Part shown: piece after piece, positions 24,735 to 37,633 of the stretch
Position numbering within the stretch: the first letter of the stretch is position 1
How the letters are laid out: every line of letters starts with the position of its first letter
Origin: Lepidodermella squamata
Taxonomy: Eukaryota; Animalia; Gastrotricha
NCBI GenBank assembly: GCA_047495785.1
Contig: JBLDXI010000011.1
Span: 682,001-746,000, forward strand
DNA length: 64,000 nt
Reading direction: 5' to 3'
Translations under genes and position numbers: made by a program
Notes under the pieces: generated by a model
Told to the model about the DNA's origin: nothing
What the model saw: only the letters and a program-made list of their open reading frames with translations
The model's database searches: none

Positions 24735-25723
24735 TCAAGTTGCCGAGCACATATCGGCAACAATTGAACTGTCCGGAAGGGAGCTGGATGGCGCTGGTGA
24801 GAAAACAACCCCAGTCCCAGTTTTCAACCGACTGCAGCATTCAAGAAAGGTTGCGCCGTGTGACACGGCTCCGCCGACGAAATGATTCTGAAAATGGAGA
24901 TAAAAGTCATGATAAAAAATTGCGAAATTGAGAATTTTTTCGAAGGATTTGTTTTCAAAGATGCGATAGACATTGGCTTGTTGATAAATGCTTACCGCGT
25001 TGGTTGATATCGGATCGTCATCGTCGCACGAGTACGGCATCTGGATGCAGTAAGCCCCACTGGGTCCGCTGCAAACTTTGAACGGCGTATCGTCCGGCCC
25101 GCCGAAGCACGCCATGACTGGCTCTGAGCCTCCGTTATTGAAGACCAGAAGCGACTTACGGCCGATAAGCGTGCCAATATTCTCCGGAATGCAACAGCCG
25201 TAAAATTCATAGAACTTGTTCGTCACAGCCTGTCAAGTAAGTATTCAAATTTCGCCCTTTCAATGCGATGGCAAAATCATGATTCCTCTATATTTTCATT
25301 AAGCTCAATCCAAGGTTGGGGCTTTTAAGGTCTATGATTCACCTCTAATCTCCTAACTAGTTTTGCTTGCTAGTCCTATTGATAATTCTTTACCTTGCCA
25401 CCGAGCGGGCAGCCTTTAGTGTCAGCACAGTAGCGAATCGTTCGCTGATACAATCCTTTAGTTTTCATTTCGCATAGGCTGAACAAAGTCGTAACACAGC
25501 GTGATGCCACGCCACAAAAGCTTTGGGCGGCCGAACAAGCCGTGCCAGGTGGGCAAACGGCGCTGCTCGGCGAAACACTTGAGCAGCTTGATCCGATCGG
25601 ACAGGCCGCTGGCGAACAGACCAAACTCAACTGAGCGTCTGCTGGGGCGGGAGCAACTGGACACGCACGGCTGAGTCTTATCAGTACCAGCGAAACAATC
25701 GAAAAAATTAATTTTTCAGGCAT
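24735..25723 (-). CDS. Gene E1: alpha class (25723-25394, 25229-24996, 24887-24735)
   Basis: Signal peptide MPEKLIFSIVSLVLIRLSRA-CP; canonical phase-0 GT-AG introns; ends DMCSAT*; 20 Cys. Confidence 0.9.
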
Positions 25724-26376
25724 CTAAATAAAAGTTGTCAGTGTGCGAAGTAAGCGAAGTAAGCGAAGTGGGAACAGGAGTCCAGGCTAGAAATCCTCGA
25801 AACGCCACGCGGCGACTCCTCGGTAAGATAAATCATGGTCTGAAAATACCCGCAAAACGTCGAGGATCGTACGTCATATCCAATGAAAATCATCGTTGAT
25901 GGTTTGATCGGGATTTATATTTTTATGGTATGGGATGAGTAAAAAGTTTATATCTGAAAGGAGCCGGCCGAGATTCACGAATTAAGTCGAAAACGAGTGG
26001 AGATGAGGAAATCGAGTACGACAAGTTCAGATATGAACGATTTACTCCAAGCCGAATGACACAGTCGACAAGAAAAAACGCTTTCCAACAACAGGTTTTA
26101 CCTCGGTAAAAGAGTGACTGAAAGATGAGATCAGCCTAAAGGAGCTCAGTAGATTGTCCCTTGACAGTAAAAACACATAATTTCTATATATGCCATTCAG
26201 GATTTTACACAATGTTTTATACGCTGATGTAGCAGTGTTTTGTTTCAACTCTGTAACCCTGCTTCTATTACAGGAGACTTTGTTTCAATGGTAATGTTCA
26301 TTGTTCATTGTCATTTTTGCTAGGTAGACCATTCATCTGTGTTTTTTGTTCTCTCGGGCAAGCCAATGCAAAAATC

Positions 26377-29300
26377 ATGCTCTATCTTGTAGCGACAAGT
26401 TTCCTACTCGCCAGCAGTCAAATGTGGCGATTCGGCGCGGTTTGCTGCCAAATCCAAACCGCCAAATCCAGCCAGATGATATCAAGGTGTCCACCGGCAG
26501 AATGCCCACCCGGGCAGATTTGTCGCGCCGTTCAAACGAATCCTTGCCCAACTGGGATGTATTGCATCTATTCCTATGGCTATCAATGTCCGGCTGGCCA
26601 ATATTGCATCTTTAACAGCACGGCAAGAACACCTTCTGCCATTTTTTCTTATGCATTTGAAAACCAATTTCCTTAGCGATGTTGGTCATGCGCGTAATTC
26701 GGGGGCAGGTGATTTGGGGCTAATTGGCAGCGCTAACCCTTATAATGGGATTTCAATGTTCAGCGATTGGGAGGGTTGAATTTTCGAGTGGTTGCAATTC
26801 GCCATCGTAACTTGTGTGATCTGATGACTGAAGGTTCGATTCCTCATAAGTAGCTCTATTTTGCGTCGCGTTTAATTTTTTTAATTTTTCGTAGTTGAAT
26901 ATTTTTCCCTTTTAATTATTTCGAACTATCCCCTCGTGTCCCGGAATTTTCTGTTCGGGGGACGTTTTGAAATTTACTCAGCAGTAAAATTTCGAAAAAA
27001 AATAAATCAGGAAAATTAAAAAAATTCAATGGGACGCAAAAAATGCTACTTTGTGAGTCGAACCGTCACTCATCAGATCACACAAGTTCTGATAGCGAAT
27101 GGCAACCACTCGAACATTTAACTCTCACAATCGCTCAACTAATTGGAATCCCATTATATTAGGTTATAAGGGTTTCAATTTGCACCCGTATTTTGATTCT
27201 CGATGGGGTAAGTAATTTGGCCTCGATTACAGGGCTATACGGTACCTGTGCACCGCCTGGGGGCGCGGTTTTTTGCTGTAATTTACGACGAAATTGGTCG
27301 ACGGGAAAAAAATTAATCTGAACCTCGCCATTGGCTCCAGGTAACTCAATTTAGAAGCCATTTTTACTTCCCTAAACTCACGTCTGTGCAAAAACATGCT
27401 GTGACCTCATTTTGAGACACACCTGGCTAAAAATTTACATGCGTATATAAGGCTTGTGGATAATCGTCCCCGTAAAACTTTGTAAAGTTTGACCTTGTAG
27501 TTTTAGAGCAATCGATAAAAATGAGATATCCTCAATTTGTGGCCAATTAACCCCAAAGGTTCATTTTGTCCGAGTAATTGTTCCGGAGTGTAAGCCTAAG
27601 TAAAGTTAATTGAATCTATTAAAGAACCTAGATAAATTTAATTTAATTTACGTTAATTTTCAATATTTATAACAGTCTTATCCTGTTTGCCAAATCGATA
27701 CAACGGGTGGCGTTGGCGTTGCGCTGACCGGAACAAACGGACTAAAATACTGTTCGACCTTGGCCTGTCCACTGAGTCGATCTGTGAGTTTAACACTAAA
27801 ATTGCAACGCTCAGGGCTAGTAATAATCAAATAATAGCCATGGCTGCTATTTTTTCCGAAACTCCGAAAATGGTCCCAAAAAGGGTCAATTATTCGAAGG
27901 GGGCTATTATTTATTAGCAACTTTCAGATTTCATCATCGCAAGTCGTTAGCGCTGTTGAATTCTATGTTTTCTGACCTACGCTGCTAATTAATCCTCGGT
28001 ATCCACAACTATACAAAAATGTCCTCCTATTCGAGATGTCTGTTTCCAATCTCTAACAAGTTTTCCTGTCTGCTGCAGTCATTTACATTTTCGCATTTAT
28101 TTAAAGTGATTTCTCTATGTCGCAGACGACCGTCAGCCAAACGGCATTTTCCTCTTTCTCAGCGTGCTGCAGCTCGATCGGCGCATCATCGACACTTGTC
28201 TACGATTACTTCACCTCAAATTCGTTCACTAGCACTAGCACCTCGTCATACAGTGGACAGTACGTAAAATTTTGCTTTGCTGCGCAAGACCCACAGCCGT
28301 ACAAAGCCTGCAAGTCGTCATCACCGAACGGGGTCTACTGCGTCAGGATGCCTCATACGTGTACGGCCTCTGACGTAGTAGATACTGATGGGGTAAGTGA
28401 ATTGCAATGCCGCTCTTCAATTTAGCACATTTTTGCAGGGAATTTATAACCACGCGATTCAACCGATGATCACTGATTCGGTTATTTTCGATATTTTACC
28501 AGGTCGAATCAATTTGTTTTGTATTTTTAACCCAATTGACAATTGAAATGAAAATTAGATAATGCTCATCGGGGCTGCCAGGTATAGAAAACACATTTCC
28601 TGTGTTTGCAAAACGGACCTCTGATATAAACGAACATTTTAAACTTAAAACGCTCCGAACCCCCAAAAATGAACGATACTGTTGGTTATTGGGGCTGTGT
28701 CTTTTTTCATCTTGCCAAAATATTTTTTTCATCTTGCCAAACATCTTTTTCTATCTAACCAAAACTTTGTTCTGGAAAATTATTTAATTGTTAAATCTAG
28801 TGTAAATTCGCAATAAATCTTTTTCCATCTTGCCAATATGTTTATCAATATACCAAGTAAATTGAACAGATTTTTACTCGGGCAATATTCCTTCCATTAT
28901 TTCCTTTCAATCTAACTCCTCGGGAGATTTTCAGCGACCATTGGTAGTACGGCGGCCACGGTCTAGGACTTCGATCCGCAACGCGTCGTGCGGTACCAGA
29001 GGCGGCCGTCGTATCCTTGGTCGATTCGAAGTTCCTAAAGAACGGGCCTAAATCAAAGGATGGGCTTGGCTTGAGGAACCGAATCGTGAGATTGATTTCC
29101 ACGATTACCCTAAGCGTACTGACCACTTGGGTGGTAGGCTTATTGAAGATTTCGTTGTGAGACGCGAGGCCGCAAAAAAGCAATTGAAACACGCGGCAAG
29201 ATGAAAAAAGACATTGGCAAGATGAAAAAAGATTTTTCGTATTTTTCACGCGAGAAAATGCTGGTTAGATGAATAAAGATGGAAATTTTCGGTTAGATAG

Positions 29301-30263
29301 AAAAAGATGTTTGGCAAGATGAAAAAAAGATTAACCCGTTATTGGTAGGCTCAAAGTGAATATGGCTAGATATCAATGCATGTGAGCGTATAAAGTAGGA
29401 TAAATTCTCACTTTCAAGCGGCAAATCGTACCCCTTTCAAAAGATTTTATTTTCTGCTCATAAATACTAGAAGTGGCCCTCTATTCAAAGATACTGGGTA
29501 CATTTCGTGGTCCCTTATAATGGTTAATTTTCTAAAATTCGCCTTTAAGTATATTTGGTGATTTTGGGCATAATTGCCACTCTTCTGCCACGGTTGGCTC
29601 TTTCGGAAAAATTTTGAAAATTTTGAAAAAATTAGTTTATCCACGTTGAGAAATTTATCTATCTGACGATATAAAATTTGTCGGGTAACTAATTTATTTC
29701 GATTTTCCGATTTTTTCTTAGCTCGAAAAAGTATTATTTGCCAAAATATTTCTGAACAAAGCAACGCTGTTAAAGAATTCGAAGTCCAATATGGACAACC
29801 GGAAAAAATCGGAAAATCGAAATAAATCGACAAACCGCCAGCTTCGACGAATATCTCAGATATAGGCTTGTTTACATTGATTCCAAGATGATAGGTGCCA
29901 AGTAAAAAGTCATTTGTTTTTGCCACCACGTTAATTCAGGCTAAAACAACCGCTTTTTACTTTTCACATATCCTTACAACTGAAAGTGAACAAGCCTAAA
30001 TCTGAGCTATTCAACGACACTAACAATAAGTATTTATTGCAAAAATCGCACAGTTATCAACAAAAAAACTATTAATCTCTTATAAAAATTGTTTCTTTCA
30101 GGCGCATTTCGAAGCAGGAATCGCAAGTAACGCTGCGTCATTCGCGAAATGCTGTGCACAGCTGAAGACGAGACCTATTTTCACTAATTCTTTTAAACCG
30201 GCCGATTACTCTTATTCGCGGAAAACTGACGACAGATGTTTTGCCCCTGTCACCATTGCTTGA
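26377..30263 (+). CDS. Gene F1: beta class (26377-26622, 27676-27783, 28126-28392, 30102-30263)
   Basis: Four homologous exons; intron 1 appears to start with a GC donor (ACG|gcaaga); exon 4 is AHFEAGIASNAASFAKCCAQLKTRP..RCFAPVTIA*. Confidence 0.85.
26737..27172. mobile_element. Degenerate foldback MITE, possibly piggyBac-derived
   Basis: CCCTTATAA...TTATAAGGG termini with long imperfect inverted arms. Confidence 0.65.
28693..29337. mobile_element. TIR element with a 7-8 bp TSD in F1 intron 3
   Basis: Flanking GTTATTGG (28685-28692 and 29338-29345); inverted TTTTCATCTTGCCAAACATCTTTT repeats at both ends. Confidence 0.75.
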
Positions 30264-30392
30264 TACTTGACTGACATTGCTTGAATGAAAAAGTTGTTAG
30301 TTGTTACTAGAATCATGCTGTTATATCCTGCTCTCATATCGAATAAACAGATGCGCGATATTTAAGTAGAATGAACAGCTCGTTCCGGTTAA

Positions 30393-30972
30393 CCCTGTCA
30401 TGGCCATATTAATGGCGATTCCGGAATCTGACTTGGCATGGTCACAGCTTGGTTAATTGGTCTAATTTTTGTGTCTCCTGATGTACAGTATTACTTTTGG
30501 ATGTTGCCCACAAGAATCTGAAACCTGAATTTCATTATTCGTTGCTTCTCGGAAAGCGACCAATCTCGGAAATTTTCAAACGCAAGGGTGTTTCGTGTTT
30601 TTTATTTTATTTTTCAATTGAAGAAATCGCCATCTCAGAAATGCCTCTCTTAGGTTTGACTTGACGGCCGTGTCCAGCAGGGTCTCATTGGCTACTTACT
30701 CCGTTTTTATTATTTTTAATATGGCGTATAACTGGCATAGCGGTAACCTGGCTGACGAATCCTAAGAATTCGAATTCCGGATAAATCTGTATTCAAAAAA
30801 ACCAGGGCGATTGAAATTTCCAGTAAATTCAGAGCCTGATGCGAACTTCGCTCCTAAGTGCCTAGTTTGGCATACCGTTGTGGATTTTCCGACTAGTTTT
30901 TTCATTTGCCTGAATATTCTACAATTCGATTTATCAGCTTGGCTGAAAAAAAAGATTTCAGCCGTGAAAGGG
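30393..30972. mobile_element. Non-autonomous piggyBac-like element
   Basis: TTAA|CCCTGTCATGGC ... GCCGTGAAAGGG|TTAA; absent from the paralogous F2-G2 spacer. Confidence 0.75.
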
Positions 30973-31255
30973 TTAAAACGATAAAACCTTGATAATGTAT
31001 GAACTCGGACGCTGATAAATGTCGAGATGTGCGATAAAGGCCCCGTCATGGGGCATTCTGGTGAGTAGCTTTCAACGCAACCTGATATAAAAATGCAAGT
31101 TGAGATATGGAGATTTCCTAGGATTCGCTATGAAACAAAAAAGACTCATGCGTCAATTTGCGTTTATTATCTTGACTTTGAAACAACTTAGCGATCATGA
31201 TTTTCGAACCTTTTGTTTGCGTCCGGTAGCATTTTAATGCAGAGAGTCCCAAGGG

Positions 31256-34200
31256 TTAAATTGCCGAGCATTTTCCAGCATTGATTTTACTGTTCGGAAG
31301 AGAATCCGCCGGGGCTGTCGAGAAGGTAATAGCAGTGTTCGGAGCGGTTTTCAGTCGAACGCAGCATTCCACGAACGATGAGCCGTGTCTTACAGAATTA
31401 TCAACGAAGTCGCCCTGGACAAAATGAGAATTTCTTTGAAATGTCTTCGGCGCAATAAATTCAAAATTTATATTATTATAGTCATAGAGAAACAATTGGC
31501 TAGAGTAAGCACTCAAAAAGCTAGAATTTCAGAATCTTCATTTCTATTCAAAGCTTAATGTCTCAAAATGGATATCTCCGTTGTTCACCAAATTTTGCTT
31601 GCATAACGAAGGCTAGCTGCTCTTTCACGTGGTATAAGATTCGAGGTAGGCAACCCAACCGTTGATACGATACAAAAACCCCTTTTTCACTATGGTTTCA
31701 TTTATTTTGGTGAGATCAAGACTGAGCAGCAATCGCCCACCTCATATCTTATACCACGCGAAAGAGCAGCTTGCATTCAATAATCATGCAAAATTTGGTG
31801 AAAAATTGAGACATCTATTTTGAGAAGCACTCGATTTAACAATGCAGATCAAAATTTTAGCTTGAGTGCGCACTCTGGTCATTTTTTTCTCTATTATCAC
31901 AGTATACTGAAAATCAGGGCTGCAAAACTTGCAGAAATGGCGCATGGGATGCGTAGGAAATTTTCGAAATTTTACCGCAATTAGAAATGTTGGCTAGGAA
32001 ACTCATTTTAAAACGCTTCGTAAACGCTTGGATAATGCCAGGAAAAACTAGGAAGCTGCCAGGAAAGCAGTATAAAAGCTAGGCGAAAACTAGTTTAGTA
32101 CTTTGATTAATCGAGAAAAATAATCGATAAAACCAATAACCGATATTTGAAGACCTAAACTCGATATTTCACATTTTGAGACGACCGATGCATGAAAACC
32201 GAGGCCACCAATGAATTCCTCGTGAAAAATTACCCTAGAACATGTCTCGCACCGCCAGAAAATTTGCAATTTTGAAGTAGGTAATAAAAATGCGACAGTC
32301 GCTTTATGGCACGTAATTATCTCCGCAACCGCGAAAGATAAAAAATTCTGCAAAAGCCATTCGTTTTCGCTTATGAAATCTATCCCTTCGGGTTTCTAAA
32401 GGGGATTTCGTCATCAAAAACGCCGATTTACGGCAATCTTTTGATGTTTTTAATTTCAAGGTTTCAAAAACCGGAAGCAAAAACTACAACAACTTTTGAT
32501 TGGTGAAGTGTATGGAGCTCAACATTTACACCAAGGGGTAATTCAATGCGGGTAATTTAACGGCGCTATAAGTTTTTTGATACTCTTTATCCCTTCGATG
32601 TTCGGTGATTATCGATTTCGATTGTTTTTATCAATTTTCACAGCGAAATTGTGATATTGGGTATTTTATAGGAAATTAGGAAATGTTGAGTTTCTGCGCA
32701 AGAAGCTCTGCATGTTTTGCAGCCCTGCTGAAAATATGTAACCAAACGTTATATTAGGAGCTATTTTGGTGAATTGCAGTGAACAATGGGTCAGAAAATT
32801 GTTTACGGAATTCGTTGAAAAGGAATCGCCATCGGCGCACGAGTACGGCATCTCGATGCAGTAAGCCCCGCTAGGTCCGCTGCAAACTTTGAACGGCGTG
32901 TCATCAATCGCACCAAAGCACGCCAGGGTGAGCTGTGAGTCGACGCTGTACATGACGTCCGATCGTGCGATTGTTAGCGCGCCAATGTATTGAGGCTGGC
33001 AGCAAATGGAAAGGAATTCGCTGGCCGAGCTGTACACTGAAACTGTCTCGACCCTCTGTTGAAAGATGCCAATGGCAGAGAGATTACCAAGTCGCCGGGA
33101 GCGAAAATAACAAGATACAAAACCTGGCGTGCATATACTGGATGGAAAAGGAATTCAAGGATGAATCAGGGGAAGAGTGGATTCATGAGTGGATATCACA
33201 GCGAATTCTGCAATAAGGGAAACTTTCAAAAAATCCCCTTTACAGTATCTCAAAATGTATTCTCTTTCACGCATGAAACATAAATTGACCACTTATAAGT
33301 GAAAAGTGGGGTTATTGGCGATATTTTTGACATCATGAGATTTTGACGCCGCTTTCAAGATCAATGAACGAAGAGTCGAACGGAGGTCGATAGCCATCAA
33401 TCGGGTTCAAATTTCACCAGTGAATTTTTCTAATTTCTAAAATGCGCGCTCAACAAATTACTGCATCAATAAATTCTGCTGTTCTTTTTTATGCTCAGTA
33501 GGAATTCTTCAGGGTGATCTGAGGTGAGGAATCTAGCGAGAAGCTCACAAATTTGGATGGAACGAGGCCAGTGCTTCCACGTCAACCTTAAGTCTTTTCG
33601 GCGACACATTGGGCCTCCGGACTTTTGAGGTGGATGGGAGCCTCCTAGGAGTCTGAAGTTTGACACTTCGAAATCCTCAAAAAAACCCGACTTATAACAT
33701 CAAGGAATTCCGGGATCTTCCAACTTTAAGTTTTGCCCATTGTTAGGAAATACCATGGACAACTCTATACAGATATCGGAAACTAGCGATCCTGCTATAG
33801 TAAATAAATGCACACCAAATTTTAAGAGTCTCTCAGGGCGGTAACAATGTTTATCTTACGCCGAATAGTACCAGAACAGGGCATTCGCGTGATAATACTC
33901 TGAGCGAGCTAAAATAGCTACAAAAAACTAAATAGCTATCTTTCGAAAAGTATTACCACGCTAAACCACAATGTTACGTTGATGACAATTTCGCGAAATT
34001 CAAGAAAAATTCTGATTACCGTAATCCGGTACAACTTTGAACAGGTACAACTTTGAACATTTCACGCAAATCAGCTTTTCTCTGAAACCATGGGGATCTG
34101 CCGCTTGGGAATTTTACTGATTATAGGTCTCGTTGAGGTCTAATAGTTTGCCAAGTTTCATCAACACAGCCCGTACGGTCTCTTCCTTAAAAATTCCCGA

Positions 34201-35516
34201 AAAAACAACGTTTTTGGTCTACTTTGAAGTGTTGTCCTGCGATAACCGTAGCAGATATCCGCGAGGTCCAACTTGGCGAATTCAAGCTTATACTTTTCTG
34301 AAGAAGTAGCCAAAAAGGCACGCCCTTCTATAGAGTGGTTTTCCAATGGCATGTGCTCAAAGTTGCAAGGGTAGCCGGTACAACTTTGAACACTCAAAAG
34401 TACAACTTTGAACACCATGGAAATTCATTATTTTCACTTCGAGGAGAATGTTTCAAGTTTTTTATAGACTTCGTTCGCATTTACTGAACTCCACTATGCT
34501 CCATAGAGAACGTAGGGATCAGAAAAAAGACTTCTTATCTCGTATTGGCAAATAATTAATTTCAAATACCGAGTGAAAAGTCCACCATAAAAATGTCGAT
34601 GGCTTATTATTTCTCGATTTTCACGCTCTCCGTTCTCTATGAAGGTGACAATTTCAAATATCACGCGAAATTCTCTGCGCACGAATAAAGGTGGATTTTT
34701 TATTACATGAAATCTTGGTGTTCAAAGTTGTACTCCGCTGTTCAAAGTTGTACTTTTGGGGTACCGCTTGCCAAATCCTTACGCTTGCGAATTTCCGAGA
34801 ATAAAAAATATCAGCATGTTACGCAAGGCGGCCCCCATCGAACTACGTTGAAAACCCGACCAAAATCGCATCTGTTGAACTTACACAGCACATTCAAATT
34901 TGCATGGACGTAGGTGTTCAAAGTTGTACCGGATTACGGTAGCTCAAACTTTATATCGTTGGATAGAGCAAATAAGTTAATAGTATTTTTTTCAGAATTT
35001 TTCGGCGTAAAAATAAACATTTTACCGTCCAAAGACTCTTGAAATGGCGATTTTTCGTAAAAGTGACCAACTTTAAGAATACTTTAAAAAAGTTAGAAAA
35101 CAAACCGTCTCACGAGACGGGAGTCATTCAGACAGCAGACAGCGAATGAAATTGGCTAGGCTAAATGAGTAAGCTCTCACCTTTCCGCCCAGCAAGCACG
35201 CGCCGACATCTGTACAGTAGCGAATCGTCTGCTGGGACAACGGAGTGCCCCGCGTTGTTATCTCGCAAAGGCTGTTAGGCTGACAAAAAGTGCTAGGCTG
35301 ATAACAATATATACCAGCAACACTGCGACATGAGCTGTACGCTGGGCAAGAAGGGGCAGTCGACGCACCGGGGCTTGCGCACGTTTGACCGAATGGGCAT
35401 GAACCCGGTGGGCAGGCCAAGCGAATCGGCGCAGGGACTGGTGCTGCTGCAGGTACTGCAGGGCAAGTCCGAGCGACACTGGCAAGCCAAGAGAGAATCA
35501 ACATTTCTTTAAGCAT
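31256..35516 (-). CDS. Gene G1: alpha class (35516-35181, 33055-32807, 31414-31256)
   Basis: MLKEMLILSWLASVART-CP..CLLGGK|gtgaga; exon 2 RVETV..CCQPQY..FKVCSGPSGAYC; exon 3 GDFVDNSVRHGSSFVECCVRLKTAP..KCSAI*. Confidence 0.88.
31484..31894. mobile_element. Foldback element in G1 intron 2
   Basis: Long imperfect inverted arms (CACCAAATTTTGC..GCTGCTCTTTCACGTGGTATAAGAT and its reverse complement). Confidence 0.7.
34019..34939. mobile_element. Tc2/pogo-like non-autonomous element; fragments of the same family at ~541-706 and ~3538-3654
   Basis: TA|CCGTAATCCGGTACAACTTTGAACA ... TGTTCAAAGTTGTACCGGATTACGG|TA; repeated GTACAACTTTGAACA subterminal motif. Confidence 0.88.
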
Positions 35517-36679
35517 CTTGGTTGAATTTCAAAATCGATAATAACAAGCACAAATTTGACGCGAAGAAGAGTTGCTGATTAAAAAGAATAAAAAATGCAC
35601 AATTAGGAAACAACCAGAATTATGAAGCGTTATGGATAATATGACCAGAAATCGAAATTTACTCCTTAAATAAATTCGGTTTTCAAATTTTGATAAATAA
35701 AAAGTCGCCTCTTGCCTAAATAAAAGTACCTACCCTAAAACAGTTTTGAGAATCGAAGAGGCAAGTTGAAAATTGAAACAAGATTATCCATCATTAGCAA
35801 AACCGTGGTCTTGTTTCAAAAAATATTGCATCTCGTCGAACAATAGGTAATAATTGTAATAATTAATAATTATCAATAATAATCAAGATAAAGCTCCGGG
35901 TAATAAGGGTGCAGCGACAAAACAGCAACCTCCCAGAAAAGCGAATGCGACAAAACAGCAACTTTTTTATTTCGCGACAAAACAGCGAAAACTTTATTAC
36001 CATGTAAAAGATTCTGCTGTTATGTCGCAAATTGAAACATTTGCTGTTTTGTCGCGTATGCTGTTTTGGGTATTTGCTGTTATGACGGTCTGCCGTAATT
36101 AGAGCAAAGAATTCACACTGTTTTCACCTTATTGGGGAGAAGGGGCTCTTGCACCGAAACACCACGGTATAGAAAGTACTGTTACACATTCAAAAATGGT
36201 ATGACTGCCGAGTTGAAGGAAGCAAGCTCTGAAAATTACTGTGTTTAGCATTATTTGCGGTAACAGTAACAGTAAAAAATAAGTAACAGTAAAATGACAT
36301 TTGTTAAAAAAACTCACAATATAATTGCTCACTCATTTGTGGCTCAGCTCGTAGACACAAAGAAGCATTTATTTTGAGTATTCTGCAAGTGTCTGCTGGC
36401 ATTTAGTGTTATTGTCTTTATTATTTGAGAATGGCTCTTCAGAAAAAATGGTATTGCGAGTGCCGTTCATTTTTCCAAGATTTACAGCCCTTCCATCTTG
36501 CATCAGTCTAGCTTTTCTGTCAAATCTGATTCCTGAGAAAATACAGATGAGCTAACTAGAAACCACCATGTAGCCCAAAGCTCAAACTAGACTTCAAAAA
36601 TACGTAATTTCTATTGCTAGTTGCAAATTCAGCCAATTATGCTTAAACTTAAACTCTTTAATATTCATTATTTGTTTCT

Positions 36680-36784
36680 TCATTTCGTTTTCGTGTAGTC
36701 TCGTAGGATTTTTGCAACTTCACCAGCCTGATTACGGTCCTTCTTCTCAGCATCCAACACCAGAACATACGCTGGTTTGTTATG
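36680..36784 (-). pseudogene. Remnant of the 3' end of the TIR-ankyrin gene
   Basis: Aligns by eye to 55250-55354 (TTTCGTGTAGTCTCG..CTTCACCAGCCTGATT..CTTCTTCTCAGCATCCA); marks the right edge of duplication unit 1. Confidence 0.85.
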
Positions 36785-37633
36785 TTTTCACCATCAAATT
36801 TGGGCTTTCGTCAAAAAAACGGAAACCGCCATGAATTTTGCCAACAAAATGAATTTTCTCGCCAACAAACCCGAGAATACTCGCTGATTTAGTCGAAAGC
36901 TGTTCGAGACATGGCGAACCATACGTGCATTGTTAGCGCCGAGGAATTGGAGCCGGTTTATGTCAGTTTTAGGCTAATACTATAAAGTAATAATTTAAAA
37001 AATATGAAAAAATCCATTTTTCGCAATTGGCACGACTTTTATTTTAAAACTGACACGAAAAGTCCCAAAAATGAGGGTCCCCCACAGAGTAGCAGGCTTC
37101 AAATAAAGCAGAGAGCAACAAATGGTGCATACTTCAGACCAAATGGCTTCAAAGCACTCCCATAAAAAAAGTAAAATAAAGTAGTAAGCAATGACCACCA
37201 TGTTTTGGAATTAATGCTATTATTTTACTTTGAAGCCATTTTTTAATTTTGCTTTGAGGTCAGGGTGCTTTGAAGCTTTTGCTTTGAAGCCTGTTACTAA
37301 ATTTTCCCTACTTTGTAGGGGACCCAAAAATGATCGTTGTCTATGGTTCTCGCTGTACTAAGCTTTCTTTTCTTGGTGATTCATTTATCCCTAAAATGTT
37401 CTTTTAGTATTATATATAAATTACTCGATCAGACGGCATTCAGGTGATTCCAAAATTTCAATTTTTCTATACTAGTCTTCAACGAGTGAATGGTTTCTGT
37501 CCCGTATACCCTACTGACGCTTTAACGTGAAAACGAGAAAACTAAAGACAATGACAACTGTGTTTTGCTGTTAGCGGTGTTGTTTTCTGTAACATTTCAG
37601 TTACGTTTTCCATTGAGCTCGACAAAAAGAATA

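Noticed and set aside
24735-25226. 163-aa single ORF
   Set aside because: Read-through of a stop-free 108-nt intron; the E2 paralogue has stops in the same intron.
26830-26845. tRNA-like B box GGTTCGATTCC
   Set aside because: Lies in one arm of a foldback element; no cloverleaf could be built.
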